DNA from: Tubiluchus corallicola
Taxonomy: Eukaryota > Animalia > Priapulida
Reading direction: 5' to 3'
DNA length: 9,329 nt
NCBI GenBank assembly: GCA_030141605.1
Contig: JAQGDQ010002201.1
Coordinates: forward strand, 1 to 9,329
Shown: positions 1-7,102 of the stretch, piece by piece
Position numbering within the stretch: position 1 is the stretch's first letter
How the letters are laid out: each line of letters begins with the position of its first letter
Made by a program: the position numbers and the translations under genes
The notes under the pieces: generated by a model
The model's input: only the letters and a program-made list of their open reading frames with translations
What the model was told of the DNA's origin: nothing
The model's database searches: none

Positions 1-404
1 ACATAAACCGAAATTATAATGTTTAATAATAACTGCAAAATAAAACTCTGAACAAAATAACGTAAAGACAGTCTGGTTTAGCAAAAATGTAAGAAAATTT
101 ATCGTCTACGATTCTAGGATTATCCAGATGGCGTATGTAATTGGGTGGGTGACCAAGCTTAGATCTATCAACACACACAATGAATGTTTCTTATTTCAAA
201 AGTAAAACGAGTCTCTCTGATATAATAACATGAATTGTTGAAAATTGCAAACTGACACTAGTCGTTTTCCCATCTTTGTTATGAACGTCTAAATTGATTA
301 ATTTTAAAACCCATGAGACACAAAAAGCGATTGTCATTCCCTTAGTCAGGTTGTTGTTATGTAATTATTTCAGATACAGATAATACAATTTAATGAATTG
401 ACGT

Positions 405-480
405 GAGGAATTTTCCCACAATTATCCCGTGTACATCTGGATGAACACTGAGTAATGACCAACCTTGAAGAGTTTTTCAT
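405..480 (-). repeat. Inverted, degenerate copy of the dispersed GGGAAAATTCC-containing modular repeat
   Basis: GTAATGACCAACCTTGA (452-468) is the exact reverse complement of 2311-2327. GAGGAATTTTCCCA (405-418) is the exact reverse complement of 2358-2371. ATGAACA (441-447) matches TGTTCAT (2333-2339) in colinear order. Confidence 0.8.
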
Positions 481-734
481 ATCTCACAAAGACGCTTCCA
501 TTATAAAGAAATTGTGCCCCATTACACAATGATTGAAATTACGTAAAATTTTAATACAACTTAATGTGCGGAATTTTCGTTAATGTGTGTTTATATGGAT
601 AACATTGTTAATGCATGCACGCAGGCATCACAGGATGTTTTGGGTCACACTACAAACTGAGCAAGGTTTTATTGTATGTGATTTTTCGATGAATAAAACG
701 TTTATGCGATTATCCATTTTTAAGGTAAACCTTT

Positions 735-1392
735 AAGTCCTTTGCGCTTTTGGTAGTCTTTTGTCCTCCAGAAAGTCATCCAGGAAGACATTTGTCTACT
801 TGGATATCTTCAATCCTCTACGAAGTCCTCTAGGAAGTCTTCTAGGAATTCCTCTGTCATCTAGAAAGTCCTCTGTCCTTTTGGAAGATCTCTGTCCTCC
901 TGGAAGTCTTCTATCCTCTAGGTAGCCCTCTAGGAAGACTTCCCAGATGTCAGAAGACATTTTCATATGGCAGAGGACTTCCTAGAAGACAGAAAACTTC
1001 CAGGAGGACAGAGAACTTCTAAAAGACAGAGGACTTCTTAGAAGACAGTCGATCTCCTAGATGACAGAGGAATTGCTAGATGACAGATGATTTCCTAGAA
1101 GACTTCCTAAAGGATAGAAGACTTACAAGAGGACAAAGGTCTTTCAGAAGGACAGAGGACTTGCTAGAAGACAAAAGTCTTCCTGGAGGACTACATAGAG
1201 GACAGAAGACTTTCAATACGACAGAGGACTTCCAGGAGGACAGAGGACTTCTAAGAGGCCAGTGGATCTACTAGAGGACTTCCAATAGGACAGAAATCCC
1301 TAGATGACAGAGGACTTTCTAGAAACAAAGGTCTTCCTAGAGGACTACGTAGAGGTTAGAAGACTTCCAAGTGGACAGATTACTTCTAAGAA
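735..1392. repeat. Fold-back (palindromic) degenerate minisatellite of ~19-bp (GACAGAGGACTTCCTAGAN) and ~12-bp (GAGGACTTCCTA) units; left arm ~735-940 on minus, right arm ~970-1392 on plus
   Basis: Units read AAGTCCTCTGTC/TCTAGGAAG left of ~940 and GACAGAGGACTT/CTTCCTAGA right of ~970. Perfect inverted blocks: 889-907 with 996-1014 (19 bp) and 847-864 with 1057-1074 (18 bp). Confidence 0.9.
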
Positions 1393-1554
1393 TAGTAGTA
1401 AATCATCCCTGTTGTCTACTGAGTATGACCCAGATATTTTTCCTTACAACTAGGTTTTGTGGGTTTACTAATAATAATCAGTTATAAAAGTAAATTGTGC
1501 CATATTCGCAGCTGAAAAACAATATCGTTTTGTGTGCTTTAGATTTCGGGGAAG

Positions 1555-1744
1555 CTGACTGACTGACTGACTTATTGATTGATTGGCTGACTGACTGACT
1601 GACTCACTCACTCAATACCTGCTTGACTGAATGAATGACTTGATAATTTACTGACTCACTTGCTAGCTGCCTGACTGACTTAATGGCTGACTTACTGATT
1701 GAGTGACTCACTCACTCACCTACTCACTCAATCATTCACGCACG
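1555..1744. repeat. Degenerate compound tetranucleotide microsatellite (GACT/CACT/GATT/GAAT)n
   Basis: Runs such as CTGACTGACTGACTGACT and GACTCACTCACTCA, with 4-bp periodicity over ~190 bp, ending in CACGCACG. Confidence 0.9.
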
Positions 1745-2298
1745 GCAAAATACCTACAATATGCAATATACGGCAAATCGTTAAGCAAGTGATTTAATGT
1801 TTAGCTTCCTGAAATTCTTAGGTAATGAAGTTAATTGCAGTTAACCGGCGGGTGAAAGCAAACATTAGGCTAGCATAATTAATGTATGATCAATGTTCCT
1901 GCTTACAAAAAAAGGATAGAAGCAAAAATATTGAGTCATTTAATTCACTTACCGACAATTTTTACGTACATTTATATAGAAAGGGCCAGTAGCAGGCGTT
2001 TTTGAGTAAATTAAGCGATTTTGTCTATTTAACCGTGAGTCTGTTTAGCCGAGCCTACAGTATTAGATTATAGCAAAATTGTGACATCTTTTCCTTTAAA
2101 CGCTCTGCGAACGTGAACCGGTAGTTGCGCTAGTTTGACTGGACTATTGCCCAGACATATACTATACTGTTATAAATATAAATTCTGTACTTTGTACTTT
2201 GTAAGTGTTAATTGAGCTGGCTAAACTGATTTATTCATTGAAATCATTATATAACCTGTGCGCAGTTTATTGAAAACAAAATCGCTTTATAAAATGTT

Positions 2299-2575
2299 TT
2301 GAAAAGCTACTCAAGGTTGGTCATTACCTACCTGTTCATACCTGATTAGGTGTTACCTGGGAAAATTCCTCCTTTAGAAAACTGGATTATAATTATCAGC
2401 AGTTTCAATCTGTAATGCGTCTTTATAGCGAAATTTCAAATGATTGCTGCTCTTTGTGTTCTTAAGTAGTTTCCACCTGAGGGTATCATCAATTTGATCA
2501 TTTAATTTATCTGACATTCTTGGCTCAAGTTGTTTACTTAAGAGGATTTGGTAAAACTTCTGTTAAATTTGTCTG
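2299..2575 (+). repeat. Copy of the dispersed modular repeat (GGGAAAATTCC...GGATTATAATTATCAGC)
   Basis: CTGGGAAAATTCCT followed by TGGATTATAATTATCAGCAGTTTCAATC resembles 3254-3330 and 5464-5540. TTAAGAGGATTTGGTAAAACTTCTGTTAAATTTGTCTG (~2538-2575) resembles ~3383-3420. Confidence 0.8.
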
Positions 2576-2952
2576 CCCAGCTTTGCACATAAGATGACTC
2601 ATGCAATTTACTTCAGGGGATTTGTCAAAATGTTGATTAAAACAACAATAATTTCTACATTGTGTTCAACATGTCTTAAACGATCTGTTCAAAAAATGGC
2701 AAAATAAGATTCAAATAAAGAATTGAGTTGTAAGCTGGGCTTAGAGCAGAGCACAGAACTTGATAAAATAAAATTGTTCAAAGGCATAAAAACCTCTTCA
2801 ATGATTTTCCTGCATCAAATTTAATTTGATCGTCCTGGAATATTCTTTATTTCTGTTTATTAAGTAGGTCAAATTATGATCATCATTGATTGAAATTATT
2901 ATGTAATTTAGGCAAAGTTCCTTAAAATTAGAACATGAATGTTAGGCAAAGC

Positions 2953-3420
2953 TCTCCAAGGCTGTTATTTTCCCAGTCAGTCCGATCTTCCTGGGAACAT
3001 TCCTGGAGTGCATTTACTGAATTGGATTATAATTATCAGCAAGACAGATCAAAGTTGCTCTTTGAATGTTATGAAAAGATCTCCAAGGCTGTTATTTTCC
3101 CAGTCAGTCTGATCTTCCTGGGAAAATTCCTGGAGCGCATTCACTGATTTGGATTATAGTTATCTAGAGTTGAAATCAGGGCTACTCTTTGAATGTAATG
3201 AAAAGCCTGTCAAATTGATTATTTGTAGGCAGTTGCACGTTGTTGAAATAATTCTGGGAGAATTCCTTAGACCTGGATTATAGTTATCAGCTATTTCCAT
3301 CAGTATTGTGTTTTTAATAGAAATTTTAAAAGCTTTAGTTGTTATTTGCGAGTATTAAGAAGAAATGTCTCAGTTGGTTTGTTTAAGAGGAATTGGTGAA
3401 ATTATCTATTAAATGATCTG
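2953..3420 (+). repeat. Dispersed modular repeat: a 127-bp tandem duplication (2953-3079, 3080-3205), then a third module and a tail
   Basis: TCTCCAAGGCTGTTATTTTCCCAGTCAGTCYGATCTTCCTGGGAA starts at 2953 and at 3080. GGGA(A/G)(A/C)ATTCC cores lie at 2993, 3120 and 3256. Confidence 0.9.
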
Positions 3421-4200
3421 ACATCCTCTAAAACTTCTGCGCATCATCCACGTGCTTGAAGATGCTGCAGCAAAATTCACGATCTTTTCTTTACAACAGG
3501 GAAAAGCCAGCAAACGACCTCGAAGTAAAAAATATTAAATATCTGAACAGTAAACGAATCGAAGCTTTTATTACTTTGCTCTCTTACTTTATTACGAATC
3601 GAAGCTTAAGTCTTATTGCATTCTTCCTAGAAACTTTCTTCCCTTTTTTACCTTTTGTGTCTATGAGTAACGATGATTTGGCAAATGAGAACTCAGCTAT
3701 TTAGGTTCCAAAAATGGTTTATTACATTTGAAAGATTAAAGAAAATCATCTTCTTTATTATTTTTCTTTTTTTAATTTATGTCGAAAAGTTAGTTCCTCT
3801 TATAGTATAATATAATATTGTAATATAGTACAGTGTTTTGAAAAAATGACAACTTTATTGATCAAGGTTCTAACTCTGATTAAGAATTTTTATGTCTGAA
3901 TTTAAAATTTTATGCACTTAAAACTCATTCTGAAAGCAAAAAATCTTTGAGCCTGCAATTTTTGTCAAAAATGTAATTATTTTTACAATTTTAGAAACAG
4001 AAACAGGAACAGTAATGTCTCCAAATCCAACACATTAAAAAGTTCTTGGCAAGAATTAGGTTTATTTTAGTGAAAATACTTTTTCAATGCACAACATTTA
4101 GTTTTACTGGCTGCACCTACAAGCTTTAATCCACTGTCATTTGAACTTAACCTACTCACAGATATTAATCTTTATTCGAGAAAAATGTTGAAAACTCAAC

Positions 4201-4590
4201 TATAACCTCCAGCAAAACACAGTTGATACGATTATAGAAACGTGGGCAAAGAGCGAAAGAAACGGATTAAGTTCTGTTACCAGAAAAACATGTGATTAAA
4301 ATTTTCAGTCTAGCCACTGTCACATATAATAAACATTTTAGAGATTTAAACATTAAGTACACTTAGAATTTAAAAACCCATTAGCTTCAAACACCTTAGG
4401 CTATCAATATTTAGTCTAGACACTGTCATGTAGGATAAGAATTGCACATCTAAACACTATCCTCCAGCAAAACACAAGGTTAGTTCAGTTTTATTAAGCT
4501 GTGGGCAATGAGCGTAAAGAATGGGTTAAGTTTTTTAGTGTGTAAACACTTGTGATTACAATTTCCAGTGTGGACAGGGTCACGTAAGAT
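4201..4590 (+). repeat. Degenerate direct repeat, two ~130-bp copies 255 bp apart
   Basis: CCTCCAGCAAAACACA at 4206 and 4461, each followed by GTGGGCAA(A/T)GAGCG, TTAAGTT, TGTGATTA(A/C)AATTT and a CAGT..G.CA..GTCAC block. A further partial block (AGTCTAGACACTGTCA) is at ~4414-4429. Confidence 0.8.
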
Positions 4591-5325
4591 ATACTTGTTA
4601 CATGAATATAAATTGACTCTAACAGCCACAAATACTTTGAGCAGTTACGTTTACCCTGTCAATTCTTTTTTCAGAAAAAAAACATTTCCTAAACGATTTG
4701 ACAGAAAACTAAAGGCTTGACTTAGATGAAGAGCTCCAATAATTTGGGAATAAAAAAGTGCAATTTGCAAAATATTTGAATACGCCTATTGTTACTATAA
4801 TTGATTTAATCATTGCTTCAGTGATGAATGATGTGAGAGAATGACATAAAAAGTTTCACAGCAAACACCTTCCTACAGTACATTTGAACTCTATTAGGAC
4901 TGTAAGAGTTCAGCGCACGTTTATGATGTCTGCACTCACTAAGCAACTATTGTGTTACATTGGTATTTCTGTAAACTTCTGCTTCTCACGCAATAAAATT
5001 TCAAACAAAGATACACATGAAAAGCATTTGCTTGCCTTACACAAATTAAAAATCGATCTTTGACAAAAAAACGCAGTGTAATGCATTGCAATGTAACAAG
5101 GTACAGTATTTCTTTTGTGAAATCGGCTAATGCAGAAAATTTCAACTAATCAGACACAACACTCTGATATGCTCTGACATCAAGCCTCTGACCCAAGAGA
5201 AGAATTTATTTTTAAAAGATGAAAGGACCTTAACTTGTCAGTAGGCCATCAATAAAATAGTGTGTACAATGACACAAGTGTACACCAGGCTAAGATACTC
5301 GATAGGCAAAAGTTAAAGCGCCGGA

Positions 5326-5570
5326 TTCTGGGAAAATTCCTGGAGTGCATTTACTGACTTGGATTATAATTATTGGTAAGTCAGATCAGAGTTGCTCTTT
5401 GAACGTTATGAAAAACTTGTCACATTGATTATTGCAAATAAATCACAATTGACTGAAATAATTCTGGGAAAATTCCTCAGAGCCCAATTATAATTATCAG
5501 CAATTTCAATCAGTTAATGTGTTTTTAATATAAATTTGAAAATATGTGAGTTGAAGGAACAAATGTCTCA
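5326..5570 (+). repeat. Two-module copy of the dispersed modular repeat
   Basis: GGGAAAATTCC at 5330 and 5466 (136-bp spacing, the same as 3120/3256). Colinear similarity to ~3116-3372, ending in a shared AAATGTCTCA (5561-5570 vs 3363-3372). Confidence 0.88.
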
Positions 5571-5619
5571 ATTACTATAATTGATGTTTAATTATACAAC
5601 TTGCCTAACTTAGTAGGTT

Positions 5620-6057
5620 AGTGCGGTTGTGTAGAAATTAAGTAAAAAGTGCGGTTGTTGTGATAATTAGTGAAAAAGTGTGATTGTGCAGAAAATAAGT
5701 AAATAAGTGCGACAGTTGTTGTGATACTTAGCAAAAAAGTGCGGTTGTGCAGAAAATAAGTAATTAAGTGCAGTTGTGCAGAAAAGTAAGTAAATAAGTG
5801 CAGTTGTACAGAAAATAAGTAACCAAGTGCTGTTGTGCAGAATGTAAGTACTTAAATGAGGTTGTTGTGATAATTAGCAAAAAAGTGCGGTTGCACAGAA
5901 ATAAAGTAATTAAGTGCGGCAGTTGTTGTGATTGTCAACAAAAAAGTGCGGTTGTGCAGAAAATAAGTAATACAGTGCAGTTGTGCAGAAAATAAGTAAT
6001 TAAGTGCGGCTGTGCAGAATGTAAGTAATTAAGTGCAGTTGCACAGAATGTAAGTAA
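5620..6057. repeat. ~29-32-bp minisatellite (AAGTGCRGTTGTGCAGAAAATAAGTAATT), ~15 units of two types, with a 207-bp higher-order repeat
   Basis: AGTGC..TTGT recurs every 29-32 bp. The distinctive variant TAAGTGCGRCAGTTGTTGTGAT occurs at 5704 and 5911. Confidence 0.92.
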
Positions 6058-6058
6058 C

Positions 6059-7102
6059 ATGTCCTGTCACTAAAATGACCTGTCATGGCAGTGCTTTGTA
6101 TCTCAAAGCTGACGCAACTCAGTAATCGAGTAATGCAATGCTTCACATTCCGGACTATATCTGGAACAATCAGTCGACTTTTACGGCAGTTAGTAAACTA
6201 AAATTTGGCACAAAAATGCCCTGTCTTTGTAGTACTTTGTATCTCAAAGCTGATGCAAATCAGTAATCGAGTTATGCAATGCTTCGCATTCTTGACTGTA
6301 TCAGTAACAATCAGTCGACTTTTACAGCAGCTACAAAACTAAAATTTGGCACAAAAATGCCCTGTCATTGTAGTACTTCATATCTCAAAGCTGACGCAAA
6401 TCCGTGCACAAATAATTCAATGCTTCGCATTGCGGACTAGAGTTGTTACAATCAGTCAATAATTTGGCGCAAAAATGACCAGTCATGGTAGTACTTTATA
6501 TCTCAAAGCTGACGCAAATCAGTAATCGAGTTATGCAGTGCTTCGCATTCTGGACTGTATCAGTAACTATCAGTCGACTTTTACAGCAGCTACAAAACTA
6601 AAATTTGGCACAAAAATGCCCTGTCATTGTAGTACTTCATATCTCAAAGCTGACGCAAATCCGTGAACAAATAATTCAATGCTTCGCATTGCGGACTAGA
6701 GTTGTTACAATCAGTCAATAATTTGGCGCAAAAATGACCAGTCATGGTAGTACTTTATATCTCAAAGCTGACGCAAATCAGTAATCGAGTTATGCAGTGC
6801 TTCGCATTCTGGACTGTATCAGTAACTATCAGTCGACTTTTACAGCAGCTACAAAACTAAAATTTGGCACAAAAATGCCCTGTCATTGTAGTACTTCATA
6901 TCTCAAAGCTGACGCAAATCCGTGCACAAATAATTCAATGCTTCGCATTACGGACTAGAGTTGTTACAATCAGTCAATAATTTGGCGCAAAAATGACCTG
7001 TCATGGTATAGTACTTTGTATCTCAAAGCTGACGCAAATCAGTGCTTGAATATCCTAATTCCGGACTATATCTATAACGACCAGTCGAATTTTACAGTAG
7101 CT
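6059..7102. repeat. Satellite-like tandem array of 141-bp and 118-bp related monomers forming a 259-bp higher-order dimer
   Basis: The anchor TCTCAAAGCTGA occurs at 6101, 6242, 6383, 6501, 6642, 6760, 6901 and 7021 (spacings 141, 141, 118, 141, 118, 141, 120). Confidence 0.95.

Noticed and set aside
413-420. Su(H)/CSL site TGTGGGAA on the minus strand
   Set aside because: Single occurrence, arising as a variant of the repeat's CTGGGAA and not conserved in other copies.
1080-1274. 64-aa ORF (MTDDFLEDF...)
   Set aside because: It lies wholly within the ~19-bp repeat array. The recurring EDF/RGQ/TED words are the unit read in shifting frames.
2935-3147. 70-aa ORF
   Set aside because: It spans the 127-bp tandem duplication, which is not a multiple of 3, so the second copy is read in another frame. 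No recognisable domain.
3456-3704. 82-aa ORF with a hydrophobic stretch
   Set aside because: It starts at TTG. The F/L/I richness follows from T-rich low-complexity DNA, and I recognise no homology.
4885-4912. 8-bp hairpin TGAACTCT/AGAGTTCA as a terminator
   Set aside because: The stem is AT-rich with a 12-nt loop, no U-tract and no associated gene; plausible by chance.
4939-5145. 68-aa minus-strand ORF
   Set aside because: Non-ATG start, short, AT-driven composition and no recognisable motif; consistent with chance.
5162-5190. CTCTGA repeated three times
   Set aside because: Too short and irregular to distinguish from local slippage.
6059-7102. CRISPR-like or hammerhead-ribozyme satellite
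   Set aside because: The intervening segments are themselves repeated, so they are not spacers. CTGACGC/CTGATGC does not match the CUGANGA core, and I see no suitably placed GAAA.
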